From contig NMRA01000020.1 in the NCBI GenBank assembly GCA_002633005.1, positions 1,724,918 to 1,788,917 of the forward strand: 64,000 nucleotides of DNA, in the 5' to 3' direction. This DNA comes from Phoronis australis. Its lineage: Eukaryota; Animalia; Phoronida. A program made the translations under genes and the position numbers. Below, piece after piece: positions 47,901 to 61,499 of this stretch; within the stretch, counting starts at the first letter, position 1; each line of letters starts with the position of its first letter. The notes below the pieces were generated by a model. That model made no database searches and had not been told where the DNA came from. It was given only the letters and a program-made list of their open reading frames with translations.

Positions 47901-50115
47901 CTACTGGGAATGTACGCAGGGTACTTCTGCAATTATCATTATTTCAATTTCACCAACCTCCAAGTGACGAGATTATTCCTGCCCTCCTCTGGAAGATGTC
48001 GGTGAGTTTTTATTGATCGTGTTTCATTTTTTCGAGTATTACAGTTTCTGCTTCACAGCGTGGGTAAGTCATGTCCAGCAAAGGTTACCGTGATATCAGT
48101 TTTAGTGGATAACAGATATTTGCAGCAAGAGACCTATTTATTGCTTCACAGCTGCACGCCTGAAGATAGGAGATTGTTTGGAGACTACGAGCGAGTATTG
48201 TATGCTGTCAAACAAAAAACACAATCGTGTTTTCAACCTAATTCGAATAAAAGAGAAACTGTACTCCTACTCCACCACGCGTGGTTTCCATTAGAATGCT
48301 CCAGACCCCTCCCTGTTTATGCTGTTGTTTTAATGTTGCCACTTAATATTTTCGTATCTCGACTTAAAGAGAATCTTCTATTCGTTCTCTGTTCTTTAAA
48401 AAAAATTTATTTAACCCACCGACCATCCGTCTTTTACATGAGTTTACACTTAGTGACGAAAACAATTATTTCTTACTATATTCAGTCATGTGTGTCTTAC
48501 GCTTTTGCGTTGTTATTACCGTTTCCATTGACTACATGTAGTCCCAGTTCTCGCTACCGTTTTTGTTATTCTCGTTTGTTAATAATAAGTTCTTGTCTAT
48601 TTTTCCTGCGTCATAATTCCCATTATCCCACTATTGTTGCACTCAAAAGTCCTATCACTAATTTCGATGAAAAATATGTTCGAAAAACAATCAAATCACT
48701 TTCTTTCTGCATCAAATATTAATTTCTAATTTTTATTTTTTCAGAAATATTTATTAGGAGCATGAGAAAAAAATCTGACTTAAAACTAAGTCACTCGTCA
48801 TTAAACAGAGCCCAGGCATTATTGTTTCAAATAGATTAAAAAAACTGGTTGACCGATACACGACATTAAAGACATTGTGACTAGGCGCGCCATAGAGCGA
48901 GTCCATTATCGTTGGATTAGATTCACATCGTCAAAAATAGAGTTACATGATCATGAACCTGTAGATTATACATTCCTTTGTAGTCTGCTCATTCTTATTT
49001 CGAATCATTTATTGCCGAAAATATGCTAGTCGTAGCATTTTGTCAATCATGCACGGAAATTATTTCAACGCAAATAACCTTTCTCTCGTTAGCTTTTTAA
49101 TTTCGACTATGTTCTGTTGACCAGCGAAGCATGTTCATTGCTCATTAAGTTGGAATGTTTGGAATACTTTTTCATTTATACCACGTAAGAGTAGTTCTCT
49201 TCAATGGTAATTGAAATTGGAACACTGAAACAAAAAACATTCATCTTTATTACAGTAAAAATAGTGCATAAGTATCCACTTCCGGTGTACTAAATGTTTA
49301 TTTTTATCATCGGGTTATGATTAAAACATCGACATTTGGTTAACTGTCTCCTAAATGCTGCAAATGGAAACTGCACATGTTTAAGCTTCCGTTGCTGACA
49401 CCAGAAAATCAATATCGTTTTTCATATTGAGTATCAAATTGTTTATTTGAATGAGCCACGTTCGACCATTGTTTATGTGTGGAGTAAGTTACTGCGCGTC
49501 TCAAATTTCAACAGTTTACTCCCATTTCTTGTGTTTGTGGCACGCGTGTTAGTTTCGATTAAGGGTTGCCATTGATTGTTGTGGTCTGATCACAAATTGA
49601 TCACGTTTGATACAAAATTGTTTACCTTGCTAATATGCAGTTCTACATGTATAAGTTGCCATAACTTAGAGAGAATGTTGTTGCAATGTTCAGTATTATG
49701 TTTTGGGTCATGTTCTTGTGTGTAAACTAAACCTGTTTATGTTCGTTGTTTGATCGGACGTATGAATTTCCACAGTGACGTACTATAACCCTTGTTTTGA
49801 TGATCGCGTTCGTTTGAAAATGTTTTCTGCCACTCATTTGATTCGAGAGGTCGAAGATTTCCCAGAACTAATGGTTGATATCTCATGAGATGTGGGCGCT
49901 TTTGATTGATAATTTATATCAGTTGACCACTTCATGGCATTCTCAAGGTCATTGGCGAATGGAAAATCGTGGACCATTTTTGAACATTTCTTGATTTCTG
50001 ACATGGTGACATTTTGGCAACTGATATGATTTTGATCTTCATAAAAAGATAATGATATCCGTGAAAACGTTCCGTTGTCATTGTATTCAGGATTATTTAA
50101 TATTTCAAACTTCAG

Positions 50116-50360
50116 TTTCTACCTTTCGTGGGATGAATGGCAAATATGTGTCGCATGGTATACATGTAAATGTCACCGTATCGAGACACGTGAGTGCCGA
50201 ATTTGTTTGCTGAAAACTGTCCAGGACATGCTACTGGACCCAAACCCCCAAATATAGGTGCGCATGGACAAATGGAGGTTGGTTTAGTTTATTTGCCGGT
50301 GTTCAAACTATATTACGTACTACTACTCTACTACAAGTGTTCTCGAGCATTTCTGAACTC
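50116..50360 (+). pseudogene. Probable frameshifted paralog of the cysteine-rich peptide exon (copy C, opposite orientation)
   Basis: After the acceptor aaacttcag, aatggcaaatatgtgtcgcatggt...gtaaatgt resembles copy A aatgggacctgtcaacgccatagt...gtaaatgc. Later pieces ENCPGH, RCAWTNG and YYKCS in shifting frames parallel DNCKGKH, TCEWIKG and YYFCR. Confidence 0.4.
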
Positions 50361-53300
50361 CAGAAATTTCACACTACCTTTATACACGAATTATTTCGAC
50401 TAATCTGTTGCGTCGAGATGAGATTGAGAATGCCATCAAGTCCTGTAGTCCCTATGAAACGGCCTGAAACAAAAATCTGCAATGACGAAAACGCACTCGT
50501 GTATCTTAAGGAAAACTTTTAATGAGGACCAGAAAATTATTCGTGAAATTCATAATTGTTTAGTTTAATATAGAACCTGGCCACTAACAAAAGCTAGAGG
50601 GCTAGACCGGTCCAGTCCTGGTTGTAACATGGCACGTACAGTACTAAAAGTGTTGCAGCTTCGTATATGCCTATTTTATGTAGCGATATCGAAGCAAAAC
50701 ATTTTGCATCTCAGACATTCCGTGTAAGTTCTGTTTTTGTTTGTGGAATTCTGTAAATTAGACGATCGTTTGGAATCTGGTCGAAAAAATTTTATTCCAG
50801 GTTTTCTGTTTTTTGTTTGTTATGAAGTGTGATTTTAACTATAGCGTGATAGTCAATTATGAGTAAAAGAAAAGCGTGGTAATGCCTTCCTGTCAGTTAC
50901 TTACTCAAAGTCCATTTAACACAGTCAAATTACAAATGCATGTTCTATGAAACGACGAGTTGTCGGTGTTGCTGTTTGATATATTTCCTCTTTGCCAATG
51001 CATGTATTATTCAACTTGAAAAATATTAAATTACTTTTTACACACGCAGCACTAACCATCATTCACAAGTCTCTTTCACAGCTAGTTATCGCCAATTTGT
51101 CTTTCAAGTGACCTGAAAGTTTATTGATTTTTTCAGAGGTTATTACGGCTGTATGGAGTATGCCCACCTGTATTGACGGAAACACTCATTGAAAACACAA
51201 TTTCGAAAAGAATAACACTTCAAATATTGGCCATGCGTATGCGTTAACAGTCGCGTACACCTGAGATGGTCTGACTGTTGATTATATGCTCTCAACGGTA
51301 AACACAAAAAATTGAACTGAAATAAAATGTTTAATGTTAACGGTTGTAATGGTAGTATCGTAAGGTTCATAAAACTTAGAAAATTAAAAGAATAATTAAC
51401 TAAAATAGTGATGATAGGTTCGGGCCGTCGTATTCTTAAAATTTAAGTGCATTTTTAAAGACAGTCCTTTCTTTTTGCCATAAAAATAAGTACATTTCTT
51501 TAAAATCACCATCTCGTATTACAATCCTATATTGATTTTATTTTTGCGCTCTAAATTTCCTAATGTTGATACAGATGAATTTATAATAAATCATTTTGAT
51601 TATTGATGATTTATAAAAACTACAATTGATTTGAATTGTTTTTTACGTCATCATCATCCTCATCATCATCATCATTATTTTAAAAAATAACACTTATTAT
51701 TAATTAATAATGATGATGTTTGATGCATCGAAATATGTCCAAGTTGAAAAATTTCGTTGGTTTTCTTAACAATTAATGACAATACTGATAATCATAGTAA
51801 TTCTCATGATAGCACTAAACATTGTTTTGATAATGTTTCATGAATATCCAATAATTCTCAGAATAATGATATCGATATTGTCATAACTTAATTCTTGTTT
51901 TATTCACATATACCGGTAATACTGCGAGTATCTTGTAGACTTCCAGAAATCGATATTTCCAAATTCCTAACAGAAAAAATACGAACTCTTAATCTCACAA
52001 ATAATTGATATTGTAATAATGACCTAGAACAAACTTTAAAACAGCACAAATTAATAAATACAGCCAATGCCATAATAAGATTACACAAGACAAAATGTAA
52101 ATGATTCTAAGTTCAAATTGAAATCGAATTAGGATGTGTATCATGGAGTAAGTGTGATAAAAATGGTTGAAATTACCAGGTATGTGCAAGACTCAAGTTT
52201 GTGTCGCAGTTTCAAAAGTAGGATTCAAAATTAATTTATTGGGGACAAATAAAACAACAAGAATAATAAATATTTTAAGTTGTATTGGCAATTTCAGGGT
52301 CACAGCTCTACAAATAAATATTTCACAGAAGGAACCAGATGGGTTCCTTAATTACAAGAGATAACACACACATTTCCGATACCCAANCCTACCAACTGGG
52401 TCGAGCAAAGCGGCAAATTCAATAACAAGTACCAAGTGGGTACAAACTGCCAAAGGGGCAAACATCATATAAAGTACCAAGTGGGTACACCAAACAGCCA
52501 ACTGGGCTATAACAACCTGCAAAGCAGGTTCCGGACAAGCTGAGTGAGCAGACCAGCCGGAGTGATAAAAAGAGATATTGTAAGGAACGTGGTGTTGTGG
52601 CTCAGTATGTGCCACATGGGCAGGGTTGTTCTTGGATGAACAATCCTGTCCACCGCCACAACTCACGTGGGTGCCGTGACCCTGGTAGATGAGTGACAAG
52701 GGATGGGAGAAAAAGGTAGCCACAAGCAATGAGAAAAGGACTGATACCAGTCCCGGATTTGCCTCCATACTAGTGAAGGTCGCCCCCCTCCCCCGCCCTC
52801 TGGGGTGCAGGCACGATGTTAGACTTGGGGCACGGCACACGAGGACAGATTGGATAACTCACGGTGAGCAGTACCGCTCCCGCCAAGTTCGAAGCCCAGC
52901 CACACCCTGGTTGCCGAGAGACCCGGAGTTGTGGTTGCTATACATTACAGGCACCTCTACTGACCCCATACTACATTCACCTAGCATACACTGCTATGCC
53001 TTAACTACAAGGGAAATTGCACCACATAACGGCGCAAGCACAAACCTACTTGGAGGACCTGCGGTGGTTCCCACCCGATCATCGCATGGCACAGGACCAC
53101 CCTACGCTCCCGGCCGGGCTTTCCCCGGGTCCAAGCCGCCCCCCAAAGGCCAACTATCCCTCTCATATCGCGGCAAATCCTAGCGAAATTCAGCCGGTTT
53201 AGGGCACACTTTAGTACCTCAAGTTTAGTGCCCCCAGTTATTACGAATCTAATGCATCATGTACATGTATGAGCTAGGGTAGAGCAGCCGAAGAGAACTG

Positions 53301-55379
53301 GCGTTCAGGTTCCTATGTCCGAAGGTATTGCGGTGGAACAATTAACTTGCGTACCAGAAGAGGTAAGCCTTGTGACAATGGATGGGGAGTAACCTCACAC
53401 AGAAGCATGTGCTTTTAAGGAAACTCGCTGCAAAATTGTACTGAAAACAGAAAGATTGTATTTTTTTGTAAAACATTTTTATTTATTTTTTTCTTAACAT
53501 TTTTATTTATTTATTTTTATTCGTGTTTTAAATATTATTTATTTACTTTTTAAATGTATTTTTATTTAGTTTTTACATTTGTTATTCAGTTTTTTTAAAT
53601 AGTGTTATTTGCTTTTATTTTTTTCATTTTTTACATAAGTTAGGAAAGATGTGATGGTGGAGGAAAGGTAAAGGACCATCAGCATGGGAGATGTCATTTC
53701 ATATAAAGATTATGAACAGAACTAAAATCAGTATTCAAACAGTCCTATTTATTTGCTGATGCTTTTAAGATGAAAACCGACAGCTTGATAAAAATCATTA
53801 ATTAAAACCATGTATCAAGCTATCTGCCACAGACAGACCTTCATACTGAAACTTGGATGTCTACTATATGTCTAAGAAAAATGAAATTTCTATACTAATC
53901 CTACAGAACACAACTATACGAGAGAGCAGAGCAGCAACAGGCTCTCAGGAATAATGATACCCCAAGTCGTATAAAATAGACCACACCAAGTACACGAATC
54001 AGGAAGCAACTTGGTCTACAAAATATGATTGGCAGTAAAGGCTAGGACCCTATCATTGTGTTCAACAAATATCCTAGAGCTAAGCAAAAGGACAAATAAC
54101 ATTTGTGCTGTCGATGTCAGGAAAAGATGGGCACAACTAGTCAGTAAATGCAATTAAGCCTAGGGTTCTGGTATCATGAAAGTTTAGTCTAGAAAGTTCC
54201 ATTGCTGGCAGGAGGTCATCAGCACTATGCAACAAGTTATTGTGTAATTACATAAGAGTGAAACCACAGGATGGCCATTACCATGAAATCTGGGTCAATG
54301 AGCACTGCAGCTGAATTTGGGCTAGTGTGATCCCCGTGTGCTTGGGTGACAAAATTTTAGGAAGTAGGTTAGGCACATTTGCGTGCAATATAGGTCAACA
54401 AAATGAAATCCTAAATAAAAATCTTGTGTTAAAATAAGTCAGACACTACTGGTAATCTGATATGATTTGTACGCCTAAAGGGGCGGATGTAACCCACTAG
54501 TGTGACAGTGACGCGTTTTTAAAAAACTTGGCGCAGTGACGTGGATACTGTTTAGGCCTACTAATAGCCCAGGTGTAGTGGATCCTGGGTTGCAAATGAA
54601 AACGACCCTACTTCAGCGGGTAAGGACAACTGTTAGAGTGACTGGCTTAGACCAAATTACACCGAAATGAACTAGTATATACAAAAATCGTAAAATTAAA
54701 GGAAACAGCTTAAGCCGGTCATGCCCTCGCTCTGGAGGCACTCGAGCGCAGATTTCGTAGGACTAAGCTATACGCGCCTGGGCAGCGGACAACTGAGCAG
54801 GCATGTGAGACGTGATCTCATCGATCATAACGTCCGCCTATCTGGCACTACAGTAGCCGACTATTCGAAAATCGTCCTGGTGAAAAATACGCGACCACGA
54901 TGGTAGACGAAAACAAAAGTTGACGCATTAACGGTAAGCGCGGTTGGAATAGGTTAAAATTATGCCGAGAGAACGAAATGTGAAGTATTATGTGATAGCC
55001 ATTGGCACGAGTGTTTTAAAATCTTTAACACGTTTTGTTGTTATTATTATTTTTATTTTATTAGTTTATTTTTTAATTATTATTTATTTAGTTTGAAGCA
55101 ATGTTTTAGTGTACGTTTTAGTTTGTTTATTAGTTGTATTATCTGTTGGTTTTTTAATTTTTATTGATTTTTTCGTGCGGTGGTAAAGTATATATATATT
55201 TTTAAGTGTTCGTTCGGAAGGAAGTATGCCGGTCAAAAGGGTAGATAAACATGGTAGGGTTAGGGCCGGTGACGAAGTACTTGAAAAGGCCTAACAAACA
55301 ACATATCCAAGGGTGAGTACAGTATTTCCGAATCTTTCATGGAAAGTCGTATAAAATGTCAACAGAGATCCAAATTTAT

Positions 55380-55718
55380 TTTTTTTTCTATTATTATTGC
55401 TATTTTATTATTATTATTTATTATTATTATTAGAATTGTATTATTATTATTATTATATTTTTTAATATTATTAGTATTTTATTATTATTATTATTAGTAG
55501 TATTTTTATTATTACTATTATTTATCATTATTCTTTAATAATTATTTCATTATTATTAGTTATTATTATATATTATTGTTATTTTATTATTATTTTATTA
55601 GTTTTTTTATTTTATTATTATTATTATTTTTTATTATTATTAGCGTTTTTTGATTATTATTTTTTTTACTATTATTGTTTTGTTTTACTTAGTTCCAAAA
55701 TTTAATTACTATTATTTT
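55380..55718. repeat. Degenerate (ATT)n microsatellite; related T-rich tracts at 53455-53635 and 55035-55175
   Basis: Visible directly. Confidence 0.95.
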
Positions 55719-57492
55719 ACCCACCAAAGTGGTTGCGGGCTATATGAGGACACTTACATGTTAGACGTGGCACTTTCGAGCTTTACCGCACCAAGCTTCA
55801 CGGGGATATGGGATAGATTCCCATCATTGTAAATCGCATCTGTTTACATCAATAGTACCTCCAGTCCTGTTGGAATTGTACCAAGTCTGGTGTTATGTAA
55901 ATCCAGTATCCGCCATGTACCCAAACCATATGTACATCTGGAGCCTTGGTCACACACTTGTCAAACCGCTGGCATTCAAGCTCATTCTACATGGGTACCC
56001 AGACCCCAACTGTGCTTCACTCCTTGTTCAAGGCTTAAAATAGCTAGTGTCACGCACTATCGTCACGCGCTTCGCTCTGTCTCGGGCTAGCCTTTGTCTA
56101 ACGCGCGTGACTCAGTGGACACACTTTGAGTTATAGCGCGCGCGGTGAAAAAGTCAACGGGAACCAAAAAAGTGGAGTTGAAATTCTTCGCCAAAATCAC
56201 CCCAATCTCATAACTAAGAGATATGTATGGAAGTAAAATAAATGGATCCATGAAGAAAGGAAGCGCTTTTTTAAGTGATAGTTTTAAGTGTGGAATGTAT
56301 TTTTTGACGAGGTGAAACTCAAAATCAGTGGCCGAATATGGCTAGACGAAATGGTACAGAAAGCAATGGGAACTTATTCTAGCCCCTAACCGGCCAACCG
56401 AGGGGCTACGTGTTGACTAGCCCTTGTCCTACCAGCCCCGTTGATAACCTTTATACCTCGCAGACGGGTCTCATCCTAGTGACACTGAAGAAACATTTTA
56501 CTCGACTGCGCTGAAGAAAGGTTAAAATTAATTATTCATCAAAGTAACATTTTACTCTATCGTAATTCATCACACACGACACGGGTGTTCCACAAGGAAA
56601 TACGTTTGTAACTTTTCAATATATTTTGCTTAATCCGTCTCTGAAAAAGGTGTCAGGCTTACTTTATTGGGTATGGAGCTATTTTTTTTCAAAATGTACT
56701 TTTCATGTGTACTGCGGTTTGCACCCTCACATAAGGGTGGGTTCCAATCACTTCAAGAAATAAATACTTACCTATAGGACAATTTACAAATTAGGCTATG
56801 ACCTTTCTCAAAGGTATCATTGTGTAATAGCTTGCCTGAATAGTATAATCAAGGTACCTTATTGCATTAGCCAATGAGAAACGAACACGCGAAGGACATG
56901 ACCCGTCTCCCTTTCAAACTTTGACAATAGTTAACACCATTCTATTGTATAGAGTTATATTATCTGTTTAGGTAAGTATTGAGTGTCAACACCCAGTATT
57001 GCACACCTGAACAATACGAGTGAGAATCCCCTACGGGCCTTTTCTTTCTCAGTGCTCATGTATATTGTACATGTAGGCCTACTCGACTGCTAATTTTTGT
57101 CTACCAAAGCAGCTAACTTAACGTACTTTGTGTGATTCGGATTGCACGAAATGTATTTTGATTGTGTAGAACGAACATGTTGACAGGTTTATCACATGAT
57201 AGTTACGTGCATGTTCATGCCGAAAATCATAAAGATGCCAAAATACCAGCAACGGTTTGCGTGCAAACATAAACATTTTATTTATTATCAGTTCATGGCG
57301 TTTTTGTCTTTTGACTGGTTCGTAAAAAGTGGGTTTCTAGTAACACATCAGTCGCACGTTTGGACATGTAACTCAAGCCGAGACTGCACAATTCATTCGG
57401 GTAGCACAGAACATTCAATTGTGTTGTTTACAAATCTCTTGAATGCATAGAAAAATACCCCAGGCCGTCAGCAAAGCGTTGGACAAAAGGTT

Positions 57493-57819
57493 CTACCACC
57501 CGTAAACCTGCCTGGCCATGCGACGGATGGGTGTGCAACGTGGCACACCACCACCCACTGATGTTAAGTGAGTCACGGGATTTTTTCTAGACATACTATT
57601 CTGAAAAACATTGATTATGGATGCGCTGAAAATTGAGTCCATTGTCTTCAGTTCAAAGGCGGCCGTTTTCTCCAGTCCGTGCTTGGTTTGATTCAGAATT
57701 TCCCGGTCGATGTCAGTGTGAAAGAATGCGCTATTTTTAACACTGTTGTTTAGTGCTGTCTGACTGACTGTATGGAATTCCCGCCACCACTCGTCTTCAG
57801 GACTAAGAACTGGATGTAA
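57493..57819 (-). other. Possible exon or coding relic of unknown identity
   Basis: Acceptor-like gttttgttgtcag followed by a 108-codon open frame (LHPVLSPEDEWWREFHTVSQ...). No family recognised. Confidence 0.25.
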
Positions 57820-60800
57820 CTGACAACAAAACATGTATTATTTTGGTTTTCTAGACCTTTCCAGTGACGCAAGGAGAATTCCCGTCTCGTGAAATTTCGT
57901 AAAGGAACGCGGGGGTGCAGCTAGCTTATACACATAATTATTCCCCCATGTCGACTAAATAAAAATACAAATCAATCTTATGGCCCGGAATGTCATGGAA
58001 ATCCTTCAAGCCGCGGCCTGATAACATGAATAGGTATTACTGAATAATCTTGTGTTGATTGCTTTCTATGAGGTCTTTTAATACATACATGTAAGTAACG
58101 ATGCATTTCTAAAACCATCTGAAGTAAATGAACTTTAAAAATGAAAATCTTCCTCAATAATGTCGCTTTAGTTAATAAATTGGACCTCTTGGAGCAACTG
58201 ATCACATTCTCTGACGAAGAACGGCGTGGCAAATATTACACCCCCATCCCGTAACCATTGGCGACATGTTCGTCAACCGTGATTCATGACCTTCCCTTTC
58301 TCAGGGTCAACTAATTGATTGCGACACGTTAGTTACAACGGGGATTCCCGTTGTCAAAGCTAAGAATAACCTTGTAATGGTTTCATATGAGTCACTGGGC
58401 CGGCAGACAATCCACTGCTGTGTTGGAACTGTTTTGATTACGTTCAAGTTTTCAGAATTCCCCAGTGTAAACGGACTTGCTTGCTTGCCTGACACGAAAT
58501 ATTTTTAGATTACTGACTAAATTGCAAATTATTTGGTAATCTGGGATTCCCACCTGACCCGATTCTTACGCACTCGGGCTCAATGTCGTAAACATAAGGG
58601 CTCTTCAAAAAGGCCTGATAAGTTTCGAGTATTGTTATGTTATTTTGTAACAACTCCTGTCATTGATACATTACAATTATAGTCGGTTCAGCGTATCATT
58701 TTCCATTAACGCAGATTGTGCAAAAATCAATATAGATTGGTTGAACCTATAAATCATTCTGACAAATCTAATCGCCACATTATCTGTCCTATTTTCAAAG
58801 CTGCCGAGAAAACGGTTTTCCTCAGTGTGTCGGCTCGGAATTCTCGAAACTGTGAAGTAGCGGACTACTATGCTCAGTTAGTACAAATACAGAACGCCCG
58901 AACCATTAATAACCTAGAAACCAATGCAATTGTATAACTCGAGCTACGACCTTTCTTTGGTCGTCCATGACCTTTTACACATTGTGACAGTAGATATGGT
59001 TATTGCAGTCGTTTTGTTAAGGGTAATTGGTTACCGCCATCTATCGTCGCAGCTGTTGTACTTCAACTTGGAATCATGAGTGAACTTGGAATAAATTTCT
59101 ATTCCAAGTTCACGCAAGTGATCTTGAGATTAGGCAAGCACTTGCGACATTTATTGTGCAACTGTTAACTAAAATTTTGAATGGTGGACATGAATTCGGT
59201 GTTTTTCAGCTTTTTTTATGCAGTTGTCATTGTCTTTGAAGGCTGTCTTATATCAGGAACGTGTTTGTTTCATCAACGCTTTCATTTATAGGTTGTATTT
59301 AGTTGTCTATAGCATAGGCGGGGGCCCGCCCCCTCCCCCCTTGACTGCTGCCAGCAAAATGAAACAGAAACACCGTGAATCGCGAAGAAAAAGAGAGCTC
59401 CTAACTAGGACAGGTAGCGGATGGGAAGGCTCAGATCCCAGATCGCGGTAGAATCGTGTTCCCGTTTTTTTTTTTGTAGTCCACCGATAAATTTTCTGAA
59501 CAGAAGGTCCGCATCCTCAGCTCCCACAACTTTCGGGCACCTGTGCATATACAATTGCGCTTTGCCCGGCAATTCCCTGAGGCAACTTGTTGGCCGCCCC
59601 TCTTATGGTATCCTAGATCCGCCACTGTATAGTACATAAAATACTTGAATGCGATGAGTGATCTTGTTTGAATCTGCTGACAAATGAATTATCTTTGTCA
59701 AAATGTGGAAACAGAGAATAATAGATTTTCCATTTACTTGATTTTCTTATAGATCCAACATTCAACTACTGACAATAAATCTCGATCCTTGTTCACTTTT
59801 CACAGCTCTTTGTATATGTATTTGCCACAGGTATTATGCACGTCAACATGAAAACAATTTTGTCTGTAATGCGTATTTTTGATTGAAGAGTTTTGTATGT
59901 AGTATTATCGTGTTTGCATAAAAGGAATTTAAACTATTCTATTTACTTTAAACAGGTTCCAAGCAGCTTCCTGTGTTCCAGAAAGTCACGGATAAGAGGA
60001 AGAGTCCCCCTAAACTGATGCAGCACGTTTAAGCTACTAAATCAGGGACACACAACTTGTGTCATTGACAGCACACGTTAGTGAACATCTTTATCGCTTA
60101 CACAGATTCGGTGATAACCATTCGTGCTAATGTGCCCTGTCTGTAGGTCAACAGATTAGCCCACAAAGTTGGAGGACCCCATTTCATTGCTGTTACAGCA
60201 TTTGAAGCTGCTTGCAAATGAATCACCTTAAATGCTGCATATGTCCCTCTCAGGTCTATGTAACCTAATCTGCCTGAGTTGAATGTCGACATTGTGTCTA
60301 GTCCTTAATTTTTTGTTTGTGACTGGTCTTGCGCAATAAGTTGTTTTTGTTGAGATTTAGCTAGAATTGGATTGGATTCTATTGGAAAACAAACAAATAT
60401 TTTATTAGCCTTGTCAAATTACGACACTGTGTACTTTAGTTTGAAAAATACTGTATGCCAGCCTTTGTACATTTACAGAGTATGTTTTATGTTGTATTAT
60501 AATTTGGTGGTATGTTGGAAAAAATACAAACTTAGACCTGTCCATGCAGAAATTGTTAAAGCAAAGTCACATTCTTATTTTTAAATATCTTTAAAAACTA
60601 TCCACCATTTTCGTTGTAACATGCATCATCTCCAGAGACTACGGTCCACCTGCACTAACATGGAGAACGTGTTTTCCGTGACTCCCTGAGCTTTCCAAAA
60701 AGAATGGGCCCAACTCGAGGATTTCATTTTTATCTATGAAAGTGTCTCATTAAAGGTTTTAAAATTTTTTATACAACTAAAAATGTGAAACCCCATACTG

Positions 60801-60969
60801 TTTTCAGTACTGGTTAAACTTGAAATTATGTAGAAGACGATTGGTAATGTGTTAGAGTAGTCTCAAGAACAGGAATTGCGTTTACAGTTTATTGTAATCT
60901 GCCCGATAAAGCTTGCTTCACCACTTAGTTTTTTGTGAAATGAAAAAACATTGATTCAAAGTTTGCTTA

Positions 60970-61408
60970 TTAAAAGGAACAGTATTTTTTTCTGAATTAA
61001 TTTAGGATACAGCTTTGTACCAAGTCAAGGGCAACGGATGGTGTCCTACGTCCGCCCTCTTGGACGACACCTTTTTCGCAGAGTTCGAACAACTAGGTGC
61101 CATACAAGGCATGGAGAATTTTTTTACTACACTGGCAAACAGTAAATAATAAGAGTCGGTGATACAATTGTAAAAAGCAATGTAAACTCTATCCACTCAA
61201 TGCCCCAATATGGAGCAGAAATATGTGATAAGCAGTCGATGTCCTATCAACCACTGACATATCAGCCAATCAGAGACTGTTGTCAGCATTAGTGTTTTTA
61301 CAATAAAATGTGAGTCAGTTTTGTTTGGAGCGCAACTCGGGCAAATGTGAGTTTTATGTGTATGTTAGAACCGGTTTACTGCTGCATTATTTTTACTACA
61401 GTCATTTT
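60970..61408 (-). mobile_element. Short Kolobok relic related to the 27-kb element (terminus plus start of THAP)
   Basis: 61250-61412 parallels 27160-27323 (gcgcaa.tcgggcaa.tgtgagtttta...ctacagt...TTAA); MPCMAPSCSNS...HPLPL parallels MPFCMAPGCSNS...HRLPL. Confidence 0.75.
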
Positions 61409-61499
61409 TTAAACTTGGCATTGGGTAAAACTTAATCGCCGATAATTTACAGGGATAAAAAATTGTTCATAATGTCTTGTAATCTTTCAGGAATGCTTA

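Noticed and set aside
48060-48722. 220-aa ORF
   Set aside because: GTG start, composition typical of T-rich non-coding DNA and no recognisable motif.
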